Assembly (NCBI GenBank): GCA_035353995.1
Contig: DAOQAL010000001.1
Span: forward strand, 70,867-134,866
DNA length: 64,000 nt
Source: Minisyncoccota bacterium
GTDB lineage: Bacteria; Patescibacteriota; Minisyncoccia; Phycocordibacterales; UBA9973
Direction: 5' to 3'
A program made the translations under genes and the position numbers. The notes under the pieces are model-generated. The model had not been told where the DNA came from. It did no database searches and saw only the letters and a list, made by a program, of their open reading frames with translations. Below, one piece after another: positions 1 through 9,797 of this stretch. Numbering within the stretch: the stretch's first letter is position 1; each line of letters begins with the position of its first letter.

Positions 1-23
1 AAATAATGTATAATAGTTTTGAT

Positions 24-95
24 GCACCCGTAGTGAAATGGATATCATACCTGCCTTCGAAGCAGTTGTTGGGGGTTCGAATCCCTCCGGGTGCA
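24..95 (+). tRNA. tRNA-Arg (anticodon TCG)
   Basis: Hand-folded cloverleaf. Acceptor GCACCCG/CGGGTGC; T-arm GGGGG-TTCGAAT-CCCTC; anticodon loop CTTCGAA gives TCG; discriminator A; no encoded CCA. Confidence 0.85.
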
Positions 96-344
96 CATAC
101 AGAGTAAAATTTTATTTTTTGTCCTTTAAGAAAAAGAAGCATTAATAAATATACACTTTTTAACCAAAACTGTGGATAACTATGTTAACAATGTTTATAA
201 AGGACATCAAAAATTATTGTCTTTTAATCCAAATTTCTTAAAAATATGTTGTTAAATAAGGATATTTTATAAAAGACAGCATTTTTTATCAAATTGTTTC
301 ACGTGAAACGGTTTAGAGTATGTTATTCATGAAACTTATTCAAA

Positions 345-764
345 ATGCCAAAAAAATTTACATCTGAAACACAAAAAATAGGCGAAATAGGAGAGAATAT
401 AGCAACAAGGTTTCTTATGAAACATGGCTTTTCTATATTAGATAGAAATTACACAAGAAAGTGGGGAGAAATAGATATTATTACTGAGAAGTCTAATAAA
501 ATTCATTTCATTGAAGTAAAGAGCGTTTCTCGTGAAACTTTAGACAATATAATTATAAAGAAAAATGAAGAAAATGATTCATACAGACCCGAAGAAAATA
601 TGCATCCTTGGAAAATGAAAAGGATGTCAAGAACAATACAAACATATATTTTAAATAAAAAAATACCAGATGAAAAAGAATGGCAAGTTGATTTGCTCGT
701 TGTATATTTAGATATAAAAAATAAAAAAGCAAAAGTAAAAGTGGTGAATGATTTAATCTTGTGA
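345..764 (+). CDS. yraN: YraN/UPF0102 family endonuclease-like protein
   Basis: 139 aa. Has the N-terminal motif typical of the YraN family (GEIGENIATRFLMKHGFSILDRNY...GEIDII...IHFIEVKS). Confidence 0.7.
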   Translation: MPKKFTSETQKIGEIGENIATRFLMKHGFSILDRNYTRKWGEIDIITEKSNKIHFIEVKSVSRETLDNIIIKKNEENDSYRPEENMHPWKMKRMSRTIQTYILNKKIPDEKEWQVDLLVVYLDIKNKKAKVKVVNDLIL

Positions 765-785
765 TATAATCACAAAAAGTTTTTT

Positions 786-855
786 CGGGCTGTAGTATAC
801 CGGTAGTACACGTGCTTTGGGAGCATGGAGACTGGGTTCGATTCCCAGCAGCCCG
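786..855 (+). tRNA. tRNA-Pro (anticodon TGG)
   Basis: Acceptor CGGGCTG/CAGCCCG, with the C1:G72 pair typical of bacterial tRNA-Pro. T-arm CTGGG-TTCGATT-CCCAG; anticodon loop TTTGGGA. Confidence 0.8.
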
Positions 856-898
856 ACATATAAAGTTAAGTGGGCTTGCTCACTTGGGCTTTATAAAA

Positions 899-969
899 GC
901 GGGATTAGTTTAATGGTAAAATAACAGTTTTCCAAACTGTGGTTAGGAGTTCGATTCTCCTATCCCGCA
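899..969 (+). tRNA. tRNA-Gly (anticodon TCC)
   Basis: Acceptor GCGGGAT/ATCCCGC; anticodon stem ACAGT/ACTGT with loop TTTCCAA; T-arm AGGAG-TTCGATT-CTCCT. Confidence 0.85.
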
Positions 970-970
970 C

Positions 971-1716
971 ATGGTAGCTTTTTTTATTCTTTTTGTAGTG
1001 TAATAATCGTAAGTCTAGTCTCTTTTATTGGCATTTTTTTTATAGCCTTAAGAGACGATATTTTAAAAAAATATGTTCATATATTAATTAGTCTAGCAGT
1101 TGGAGCTCTTTTAGGAGATGCTTTTATACATCTTATTCCAGAAACTCTACAAGATTTTTCAAATGAAACACTAGCAGGATTATTTATAATAATTGGAATT
1201 TTAATTTTTTTTACTCTGGAAAAATTTCTTCATTGGCACCATCACGGAGAAGATAGTGAAAAACCTCATGTTCATCCTGTAGGGAAATTAGTACTCTTCA
1301 CTGATGGAGTTCATAATTTTATTGATGGCGTTATTATTGGAGCAAGTTTTTTAGTAAGTGTACCAATAGGAATAGCAACTACTTTAACTGTGATTTTGCA
1401 TGAAATACCTCAAGAAGTAGGGGATTTTGCTGTATTAATACATTCTGGATACACAAAAAAGAGGGCATTGTGGCTTAATTTTGCATCTGCTTTAATGGCT
1501 GTTTTAGGAACTTTATTTATATTTGGTTTTGGTAAAATAGCACAAAATTCTGTTATTTGGTTTTTGCCAATTGCAGCAGGAGGATTTATATATATTGCTG
1601 TAGCAGATTTGATACCAGAATTACAAAAAACAAAACAAATAAAATACTCGATTATACAAATAATATCTGTGATAGCAGGAGTTGCATTGATTGCTCTATT
1701 AGGTTTTTTTGAATAA
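971..1716 (+). CDS. ZIP-family (ZupT-like) divalent metal transporter; N-terminal region carries an apparent +1 frame problem
   Basis: An uninterrupted ZIP-like reading frame runs 925-1716 (LLGDAFIHLIPE..., HWHHHGEDSEKPHVHP, HEIPQEVGDFAVLI), but it contains no in-frame ATG. The only ATG (971, directly after tRNA-Gly) is out of frame by one nucleotide across a T7 homopolymer at 979-985. The ORF track lists only 1390-1716. Confidence 0.55.
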
Positions 1717-1732
1717 CAAATATAAACAAATA

Positions 1733-1757
1733 AAAAAATCCCATTACGGGATTTTTT
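1733..1757. terminator. Bidirectional rho-independent terminator between convergent genes
   Basis: Hairpin ATCCC-ATTAC-GGGAT flanked by an A-run upstream and a T-run downstream. Lies between the ZIP gene (+) and the M23 peptidase gene (-). Confidence 0.5.
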
Positions 1758-1774
1758 AGTTTGATTTTTTATTT

Positions 1775-2818
1775 TTATCTTGATGACCAGGACATTGGTG
1801 TCGCACCTCCAGGATTTTTTGCTCCATGAACTTCAAAGTGTATATGAGGACCTGTTGAATGACCAGTTGATCCAACATATCCTATTACTTGACCTTGAGA
1901 AACTTTTGAACCCATAGTTGTACCAAGTCTAGACATATGTGCATACAATGTCTGTGTTCCATTTGAATGTTGAATAATTACCATGTTTCCATAACCACCA
2001 TTGTATCCATTACGTGCAAATATAACTTTTCCTGAAGCAGAAGCAAGTATCTTTGTGCCAGTTGGTGCTGCTAAGTCAATACCATTTTTACCATGCAAGC
2101 CCTGACTTCTTCTTGAATAACCTGGAACAGGGTTAATAAAGTATCCGGCAACATTTTTAGTCGGTGTTTTTGTATAACTAGATTTTGTTTTTGGTTTTGA
2201 ACTTGAGCTTGAAGAGGTTGGTGTGCTCATTTCAGCATCAGGAATAATAAGTTCATTTCCAACTACTAATTGAGCATCTATAGAAATATCATTAAAGCCA
2301 GTTATATCAGAAACTTCTACTTGATATTTTGCAGCAATCTTTTTTAGAGTATCTCCTTTTGCAATAACATGTTTTACTCCATCTATAGGAAGAATAATCA
2401 AAACGTCACCTTCAGACAATTTATCACCCTTTTTCATATTATTTGCCCAAAGTATTGTATTTGCTGAGACTTTAAACATATCGGCTATTTGTCCAATAGA
2501 ATCACCTTTTCTAACAACATAAACACTTATTTCATCAAAAGATGCTTCTTCTTCTGTGCCGTCTGATACACCAGTAGGACTTGTATTTGGAACAAGAGCA
2601 TTATCAGATACTATATTTATATTAGTTGTATCAGTAGTTGAAGTGCTTTTTATATTGCTTTTTTCCTCTAAAACAGCCATTGAAGAAACACTTGCTTGCA
2701 GTAAATCCATGCTTTGAGAATTAATATTTGGGTCTATTTCTTGAGTATTTGTTGGGGTACTTGAACCAAATAGGCTAGCAAGTAAGTTAGCATTTGTATT
2801 CTTTGTAGGCACAAACAA
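1775..2818 (-). CDS. LysM-domain M23 family peptidoglycan endopeptidase
   Basis: Two LysM-like segments (GDSIGQIADMFKVSANTI, GDTLKKIAAKYQVEVSDI) plus an M23 catalytic region (HGKNGIDLAAP...GYVGSTGHSTGPHIHFEV). The listed start is TTG; there is no ATG anywhere upstream in frame. Confidence 0.85.
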   Translation of the reverse strand: MFVPTKNTNANLLASLFGSSTPTNTQEIDPNINSQSMDLLQASVSSMAVLEEKSNIKSTSTTDTTNINIVSDNALVPNTSPTGVSDGTEEEASFDEISVYVVRKGDSIGQIADMFKVSANTILWANNMKKGDKLSEGDVLIILPIDGVKHVIAKGDTLKKIAAKYQVEVSDITGFNDISIDAQLVVGNELIIPDAEMSTPTSSSSSSKPKTKSSYTKTPTKNVAGYFINPVPGYSRRSQGLHGKNGIDLAAPTGTKILASASGKVIFARNGYNGGYGNMVIIQHSNGTQTLYAHMSRLGTTMGSKVSQGQVIGYVGSTGHSTGPHIHFEVHGAKNPGGATPMSWSSR

Positions 2819-3216
2819 ACCACCCGCTAACAGGGAAAAGGTTAATAATGAGCTGAATATTTTATGTTGAGATTTAATAAAACAAACTAAATTATCGCAA
2901 GAATTCCTTTTCTACCCTTGGAAAATAAGGATAAAACACAAGACGACCAAAATGTACTACAAACAAAAGGTTCTTACGAAGGTTACAATCTTTTCGGCTT
3001 TCGGTCACAACTTACCCTACCTCTATTCAGTATATACACATAGTATCATACGAGGACGTTCAGTCAACCAATAGGTGGAAAACTTTGTTAATTGACACTT
3101 GATACTAAATATTTCCTAATATATATTTTAGTGGGGGAAAAAAATAAAAAATATCATAAAACAAAACCACCACAAAACAAAACCACTTAGAAGTATTTTT
3201 ATGTTAAGATTAACCG

Positions 3217-5172
3217 ATGGAAGAACACTTAAAAGGACTAAATAGTGCCCAAAGAGAAGCGGCAATCCACAAAAATGGACCTCTTCTTATTGTAGCTGGA
3301 GCTGGAGCCGGAAAAACAAAGACAATAACACATAGAATAGTGAATTTAATAAAAGAGGGCATTATGCCAGAAAAAATATTAGCTGTAACATTTACAAATA
3401 AAGCAGCAAAGGAAATGAAAGAAAGGGTTATTAAAGAAATAGAAAAAAATGCAAAAGAACAAAGTACTAGCCCATTTATATCAACATTCCACTCTTTAGG
3501 AGTCTATATAATAAAAGAAAATGCACAAATGTTAGGTCTTACGAAGCATTTTACTATTTTGGACGAAAACGATACTACTAGTTTAATAAAAGAGAGCATA
3601 AAAGAACTTGGTTTTGACCCAAAACAATACGATCCACGAAAAATAAAAAATATTATCAGCAGAGAAAAAGGAAAATTTACTAGATTACCTGAATATCAAG
3701 AAAAGGAAAATAATTCTTTTGGAAGAATTGTTGGACAAGTTTGGAGTCTTTATGAAAAGAAAAAAACAAAAGAGAATTCGCTTGATTTTGATGATTTACT
3801 TTTAAAAGCTGTAAAACTTTTAAAAGAAAATGAAGAAATAAAAAAGATTTACCAAAATAAATGGGAATATATTCATATTGATGAATATCAAGATACAAAT
3901 GAAGTGCAATATTTAATGTCACGTCTTCTTTCAGAAAAAAATAAAAATATTTGTGTAGTTGGGGATGCTGATCAAAATATTTATTCTTGGCGTGGAGCAA
4001 ATTTAAAAAATATTTTAAGTTTTGAAAAAGATTATCCTAATGCAAAAATAGTTCTACTTGAAGAAAATTATCGTTCTACTCAAAATATTCTAGAAGCTGC
4101 AAACGAGATAATTAAAAAAAATATTTATCGCCCAGAAAAAAACTTATTTACAAAAAATGAAGCTGGAGAAAAAATTTCTCTTTATGAAGCTATTGATGAA
4201 ACAGACGAAGCAGAATTTGTAGCAACAAAAGTTTTAGAAATTCTAGATCAAGTAGGAAACTTTCCTAATAAACCTGAAAAAGATTTTCCAGATATTGCAA
4301 TTTTATATCGCGCAAATTTCCAATCTAGAGCATTAGAAGAAGCAATGTTGCGATATACCATTCCATATCAAGTTCTTGGCATAAAATTTTTTGAAAGAAA
4401 AGAAATAAAAGATACTCTTGCATATCTTCGAGCTGCTCTTAACCCAGAGAGCTTGTCAGACATAAAAAGAATAATAAATTTTCCTACAAGAGGAATTGGA
4501 AAAGTAACTTTGTTAAAAATTTTCGCCGGACAAAAAGATAATTTGCCAGTAAAAATGAAAATCAAAATAGATAATTTTTATAAAACACTAGAAGAAATAG
4601 GAGAAAAAATAAAAAAAGAAAAAGCATCGGATATAATAAAATTTGTTGTAAAAAAATCAGGCATTGAAATGGAATTACAAAATGGAACTGCTGAAGACCT
4701 AGAAAGACTTGAAAATATAAAGGAATTAGCTACATTAGCAATTAAATATGATGGATTAGAAAATGGTGAAGGTATTGAAAAACTTTTAGAAGACGCATCA
4801 CTATCATCAGACCAAGATAGCTTGATGATTACAGAAAATAAAAAAGAAAACAAATCTGCAATAAAATTAATGACAGTACATGCATCGAAAGGATTAGAAT
4901 TTGAGTATGTATTTATTACTGGTTTAGAAGATGGGCTTTTTCCACACCAAAAAGAAAATAATAGCGAAGCAGAAGACAGAGAAGAAGAACGCAGGCTTTT
5001 CTATGTTGCACTTACTCGTGCAAAGAAAAAATTATTTTTATCTTTCGCAAACTATCGTACAATTTTTGGCTCACGACAAATAAATGCTCCATCTGAATTT
5101 ATAAACGACATACCAAAAGATTTAATAGAAAAGGGGGACGAGGACCCAAGAATAAAAACAATTTATATATGA
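3217..5172 (+). CDS. pcrA: UvrD/PcrA/Rep-type superfamily-1 DNA helicase
   Basis: Walker A AGAGAGKTKTITHR, DEYQDTN motif, VGDADQNIYSWRGA, and C-terminal helicase motifs (VALTRAKKKL). Confidence 0.85.
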   Translation: MEEHLKGLNSAQREAAIHKNGPLLIVAGAGAGKTKTITHRIVNLIKEGIMPEKILAVTFTNKAAKEMKERVIKEIEKNAKEQSTSPFISTFHSLGVYIIKENAQMLGLTKHFTILDENDTTSLIKESIKELGFDPKQYDPRKIKNIISREKGKFTRLPEYQEKENNSFGRIVGQVWSLYEKKKTKENSLDFDDLLLKAVKLLKENEEIKKIYQNKWEYIHIDEYQDTNEVQYLMSRLLSEKNKNICVVGDADQNIYSWRGANLKNILSFEKDYPNAKIVLLEENYRSTQNILEAANEIIKKNIYRPEKNLFTKNEAGEKISLYEAIDETDEAEFVATKVLEILDQVGNFPNKPEKDFPDIAILYRANFQSRALEEAMLRYTIPYQVLGIKFFERKEIKDTLAYLRAALNPESLSDIKRIINFPTRGIGKVTLLKIFAGQKDNLPVKMKIKIDNFYKTLEEIGEKIKKEKASDIIKFVVKKSGIEMELQNGTAEDLERLENIKELATLAIKYDGLENGEGIEKLLEDASLSSDQDSLMITENKKENKSAIKLMTVHASKGLEFEYVFITGLEDGLFPHQKENNSEAEDREEERRLFYVALTRAKKKLFLSFANYRTIFGSRQINAPSEFINDIPKDLIEKGDEDPRIKTIYI

Positions 5173-5969
5173 TACATAAAGCAAAAAAATCTTTGGGACA
5201 AAATTTTTTAAAGTCTGAAACAATTTTAAAAAAGGTTGTTGAGACGGGAGAAATATCTGAAAATGATATCGTTTTAGAAATTGGACCTGGTAAAGGAACT
5301 TTGACAAAAAAACTTTTGGAAAAAGCAAAAATCGTTATTGCAATAGAAAAAGATCGTGAACTTTTTTCTTTCTTGCAAGAAAAATTTAAAAGCGAAATCT
5401 CTGAAAAGAAATTAATTCTTATCGAGGACGACATTTTAAAATTTGAAGCAGATAAAATTTTTTCAGATTCATCACAAAAATTTTGTAATCCATTAAACTA
5501 CAAAATTATTGCAAATATTCCATACAATATTACTGGAGCAATTTTAAAAAAATTTTTGGAAAATAAAAATCAACCAAGCATGATGGTACTAATGGTACAG
5601 CATGAAGTAGCGAGAAGAATCGTCGCAAACGATGGGAAAGAAAGTATTCTTTCTATCTCTGTCAAAGCCTATGGCACACCAAAACTTATTACAAAAGTTC
5701 CAGCACGGTATTTTTCTCCAGCACCAAAAGTTGATTCAGCAATAATATTAATAAAAAATATTTCAAAAAACTTTTTTACAAAAAATAAGATAGGAGAAGA
5801 AAGATTTTGGGAATTAGTTCGTACTGGTTTTGCTCATAAAAGAAAAAAACTTTCATCAAATTTGAAAAAAAATTCTAAAATAGACTTAGAAAAACTAGGT
5901 AATAAAAGAGCCGAAAACTTATCACTAGAAGATTGGAAAAATTTAATTAATTCTAAAAACTTTAATTAG
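5169..5969 (+). CDS. ksgA: 16S rRNA (adenine1518/1519-N6)-dimethyltransferase KsgA/RsmA
   Basis: SLGQNFL, EIGPGKGTLT and NIPYNIT motifs. Overlaps the helicase stop by 4 nt. Confidence 0.9.
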   Translation: MIHKAKKSLGQNFLKSETILKKVVETGEISENDIVLEIGPGKGTLTKKLLEKAKIVIAIEKDRELFSFLQEKFKSEISEKKLILIEDDILKFEADKIFSDSSQKFCNPLNYKIIANIPYNITGAILKKFLENKNQPSMMVLMVQHEVARRIVANDGKESILSISVKAYGTPKLITKVPARYFSPAPKVDSAIILIKNISKNFFTKNKIGEERFWELVRTGFAHKRKKLSSNLKKNSKIDLEKLGNKRAENLSLEDWKNLINSKNFN

Positions 5970-6384
5970 TACCAAACATACCAATAGTACCTTTAGTAAT
6001 AGGAAGCTCTGTACAAGGATCTCCAGTTATTAAACATTCACCACCTTGTGAATATTTACCAAGAATTACAGATCCTCCAGGAATCCCTGTCCCTGCTCTC
6101 TTCTCTGAGGCAGAAGAATAGAGATATGTTCCACTATAATCTGACGGACCAGTAACAGTTACTTGATAGCCATCACTACAAGTACAAGACTGAGTTGATA
6201 CTATCCTACCGCCAAACATAGAAAGTTCAGCACTTGTAGCAAAAACAATAGAAAAAGTAAATATTACTGTAAAAATTAAAATTACTACTAAAAAAATTCC
6301 CAAAATTTTATTTTTAAAAATACTTTCCATAAAAATATTATAGCATAAAAAATAAATCAATGATAGAATACTAATATTATGCAC
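5962..6384 (-). CDS. Small membrane-anchored Cys-containing protein, divergent from the T4SS-like operon
   Basis: Hydrophobic N-terminus (ILGIFLVVILIFTVIFTFSIVFA) followed by about 90 aa containing 5 Cys. The true start is probably the internal MESIF. Confidence 0.4.
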   Translation of the reverse strand: MHNISILSLIYFLCYNIFMESIFKNKILGIFLVVILIFTVIFTFSIVFATSAELSMFGGRIVSTQSCTCSDGYQVTVTGPSDYSGTYLYSSASEKRAGTGIPGGSVILGKYSQGGECLITGDPCTELPITKGTIGMFGTN

Positions 6385-7320
6385 CTTGATGATAATTACA
6401 AAAAATATCTACCGAGTAAAAAGTTTGCTTATTCAATAGCTTCACTGCTTGCATGTGGTTTAATTGTTTTTTTAATTGCAAATTTACTTTCAAGTAAAAA
6501 TAGTTTTTTCTCTTCTAAAAAAGAAACCAAAATAAGTTTAGAAAACATGACAACAAATGAATTAATAACTCTTGATTCAGATGGAGACAGTATTCCAGAT
6601 TGGGAAGAAGCATTATGGGGAACAGATCCAAAAAATAAAAAAACATTTGATAATATTAATGACTCAGAATATATAGAAAATAAAAAAATAGAAAATGGTA
6701 TAAAACCATCCGAAGATGATGGAACTTTAACAGAAACTGATAAATTTGCTAGAGAATTTTTTGCTACTTATATGGCAATGAAAACAACTGGACAGATAGA
6801 TGATAAGGCTATTACTGAATTCTCAACAGCATTAGGGCAAAATATAGCTGAAAATTCTGTTATCGATGAATATTCAAAAGAAAATATACAAATTACAAAA
6901 AGTGATACAGCAGAAGACCAAAAAAGCTATTATATTAAAGCTGGAAGCCTATTTGAACAATATAAAGAAAAAGGAATAGGAGGTGAACTTCAAATAACTG
7001 CAGCTATAGCAAACTCTAGAGAATCTAGTGATATAGAAAAATCGGAAAATTATCTATTAGAAATTTCTAATGCATATCAAGAATTTGCAAAAAAATTGGT
7101 TAATGTACCAGTGCCAGAAAGTTTGACTGATTATCATCTTCAAATAATTAATAATGCAAACAATACAGGAATTTCTATTATTAATATGGCAAAAATTATT
7201 TCAGATCCAATTGTTGGAGTCTCTGGACTTTCTCAATATCAAAAATATAGTAATTCATTAGTAGAATCTGTGGAAAGTTTAGAGAGTTTTTTATCAAAAA
7301 ATGGTATAATACCCGAGTAG
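6379..7320 (+). CDS. Signal-anchored secreted protein with a thrombospondin-type-3-like Ca-binding motif; first gene of the T4SS-like operon
   Basis: N-terminal TM segment (FAYSIASLLACGLIVFLIANLL). DSDGDSIPDWEE at nt 6574-6609 matches a DxDxDGxxDxxE calcium-binding loop. Confidence 0.6.
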   Translation: MHLDDNYKKYLPSKKFAYSIASLLACGLIVFLIANLLSSKNSFFSSKKETKISLENMTTNELITLDSDGDSIPDWEEALWGTDPKNKKTFDNINDSEYIENKKIENGIKPSEDDGTLTETDKFAREFFATYMAMKTTGQIDDKAITEFSTALGQNIAENSVIDEYSKENIQITKSDTAEDQKSYYIKAGSLFEQYKEKGIGGELQITAAIANSRESSDIEKSENYLLEISNAYQEFAKKLVNVPVPESLTDYHLQIINNANNTGISIINMAKIISDPIVGVSGLSQYQKYSNSLVESVESLESFLSKNGIIPE

Positions 7321-7327
7321 TATATAT

Positions 7328-9796
7328 ATGAGAAAAACTTTTTCCAAAATAGTTTGCTCGATTGTAATGATAAGTATTATCATGATGTCTTTTGCGGGCA
7401 TTGAACCAAAAAAAGCTAAAGCTGAATCTATTGAAAATTATATTTCAAAATTATCTCCTATGATTGCTGAACTTCCAGGATGTTCGGATAAAATTTCTGG
7501 TTCTATATCTGGTCTTTTTTCAAAAGTAAAAGATATGGTAAATGGTAAAGAAAAAAACGATAAAACCGAACAAAGTGTTGAAGACCAAGTTAAATTTAAC
7601 GCAGGTGATTATGTTCCTGTTGTTGATGAAGAGAGTGTAGAAATGCTTAAAGACGTTAAAAAAACAACAGAAAGTACAGAAAAAAAGGTTTCTAGTTTGG
7701 AGACTAATAATACCTGTTTAAATGCAATAGGGAAAGCGGTAGCAAAAATTTTAGTTCAAGATATAACAGAAAGTGTTGTTAATTGGATCCAAACTGGAGA
7801 TTTTGGTGATCCATTGTTTATTCAAAATCCAAGTCAATATTTTGAAGATATAGCAAAAAATGAAATATTGGGTTTTGGTCAGGAGATAAGTGACCCAACA
7901 CTATATCCTTTTGGAAAAGCATTTATGCAAATTAAGGCAAATTCTTTTAAAAACAAATTCGCAAATAATGCAAAATATAGTTTAAATACATTAATGGAAG
8001 ATAGATATCCAGGGTTTACTTCAGAAAATTTTTATGCCGATTTTTCACAAGGAGGATGGGGAGCCTGGAATGCAATGGTTCAAAATCCTGCTAATAACCC
8101 ATTGGGTTTCGCTTTAATGGCTTCGGAAGAACTAGAAAAGAGAATTGAAGAAAAAACAAGTTTAGCAAAAGATTCTCTTCAGCAATCAGGTGGGTATTTA
8201 GGAGTTGAAAGATGCGCTAACCCAGAAGGAGTTTCAAAAGAAGAAGATGATAATTATAGAAATGGGGTAGAAGGAGCTCGTAAGTGTAAGAGCTGGGAGA
8301 CTGTTACACCAGGAAGATTAATTGGGGATGAATTAACAAATACATTCATGAAAAAAGATAATGCTTTAATGGATGTAGAAACGTTAAACGATGCTGTTGC
8401 TGCAATACTAGATGCAGTTTTGGATAAATTTGTAAGTTCTTTCCAAGAAGAAGGATTGGCAGATCTAAATATTGATAGTTATTACGAAACATATGACTTT
8501 GAAGGATTTGGCAGTTCTCAAAGTGACCAAGATTATACAGATGCACAAATAAATGCAAGCACATGGCTTAAACAACATCCAGATTTTGATATAAGAACAG
8601 ATTTAAACCAAGCTTTAATAGACGAGCAAAGAATATATTCTGATAAATTAGAAACTCAAAATAAAGAATTATATTCTACAGTAGAAAAATCTACTGAAAA
8701 TCCACTAGGAAATTATGGATTGGTTCCAACAATTTACCAATTAGACTATTGTATACCGGGCCCTCATACTGGCTGGAAGGAGGATACACAAGCAAGTCTT
8801 GAAACGATACAAGAAGAAATGGCAAATAAAAAATTTATAGATTACGAAGATGAATCATGGTTTGAAATTCTTAACTTAATTACACTTGGAGGTGCAAGTA
8901 TGGTAGCAGGGTATATTAATGATTATGCTTTTAAATGCGATGGCAGTACAGGCAGACAAGCAGCTCTTACATATATGAATCAATTTAATATTATGACTAC
9001 TGGTGGAGACAAATACTGGATTAAAAACAAGCAAAGTTCAAATCTTCCATTCTGTACTGTAAATGGTTTTATATCAGCAACTGACAAGGTTGAATCTGAT
9101 TATGAAAAATTAGTAGATACTTTTTATGCTACAAAATTTTTGCCTAGTGTAAGTAGTGAAGCTGAAACTTTATTTGAAAAAATTTCTGGTTATCATCAAA
9201 TAATGGAAGATAATAAATATACAATAGATACCTTAGCTGGGACGATAAGAAGATTAGAACAAATAAAAAAAGAAGTTGATGATATAAATAGCAAACTTGC
9301 TTCTGGAGAAATGGACCAAGACACATATAATGAAAATCTAAAAGTCTGGAAGGGCACTTTTGCAAGACTATCTTCTGGATTATATTCTGGGGACGATATA
9401 GCTAAAGCCGATAATGCAACAAAAGAAATAATAGATGAAAAAGATCATGTATATAACGACTTAATAAAGAGTGCAACTGGTTGCGAGCAAGAGGTAAAAC
9501 AAAATTTTCCTTCAGCTTATTCTTGGGAAATTTATTCTTCTTATAGACCAGATTATACAAAACCACACTTGTATGACTATCCAGACAGATTAGCCTCAGC
9601 TGGTGTTCCTATATCTAAAACAACAAAAGAAAAATCATTCGCACCGAATGTTGTAATTATGGATAGCGCAAGCACTACGTGCCCTACTAGCTATGCTATT
9701 GGCTGTATAGATATTACTGGTTTTGTGCAAACAAAAGATCCACATAAGGCTGAGAATGCAGGATATTATTGGGAACAAGCATTAGGAATATATTAA
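7328..9796 (+). CDS. Large secreted protein (822 aa), function unknown
   Basis: Cleavable-looking signal peptide (MRKTFSKIVCSIVMISIIMMSFAGIEPKKAKA). Long ORF, in-operon, with no recognisable catalytic motif. Confidence 0.65.
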   Translation: MRKTFSKIVCSIVMISIIMMSFAGIEPKKAKAESIENYISKLSPMIAELPGCSDKISGSISGLFSKVKDMVNGKEKNDKTEQSVEDQVKFNAGDYVPVVDEESVEMLKDVKKTTESTEKKVSSLETNNTCLNAIGKAVAKILVQDITESVVNWIQTGDFGDPLFIQNPSQYFEDIAKNEILGFGQEISDPTLYPFGKAFMQIKANSFKNKFANNAKYSLNTLMEDRYPGFTSENFYADFSQGGWGAWNAMVQNPANNPLGFALMASEELEKRIEEKTSLAKDSLQQSGGYLGVERCANPEGVSKEEDDNYRNGVEGARKCKSWETVTPGRLIGDELTNTFMKKDNALMDVETLNDAVAAILDAVLDKFVSSFQEEGLADLNIDSYYETYDFEGFGSSQSDQDYTDAQINASTWLKQHPDFDIRTDLNQALIDEQRIYSDKLETQNKELYSTVEKSTENPLGNYGLVPTIYQLDYCIPGPHTGWKEDTQASLETIQEEMANKKFIDYEDESWFEILNLITLGGASMVAGYINDYAFKCDGSTGRQAALTYMNQFNIMTTGGDKYWIKNKQSSNLPFCTVNGFISATDKVESDYEKLVDTFYATKFLPSVSSEAETLFEKISGYHQIMEDNKYTIDTLAGTIRRLEQIKKEVDDINSKLASGEMDQDTYNENLKVWKGTFARLSSGLYSGDDIAKADNATKEIIDEKDHVYNDLIKSATGCEQEVKQNFPSAYSWEIYSSYRPDYTKPHLYDYPDRLASAGVPISKTTKEKSFAPNVVIMDSASTTCPTSYAIGCIDITGFVQTKDPHKAENAGYYWEQALGIY

Positions 9797-9797
9797 A

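Noticed and set aside
171-179. Isolated perfect DnaA box TGTGGATAA far from oriC
   Set aside because: A single 9-mer is expected about once by chance in 64 kb on two strands, and there is no clustering.
3680-5434. Minus-strand ORFs (3680-4000, 4368-4565, 4578-4853, 5099-5434, 5122-5328) inside or antisense to the helicase and ksgA genes
   Set aside because: They are fully embedded antisense in well-supported genes. Their low-complexity F/S/L-rich translations are typical of AT-rich antisense frames.
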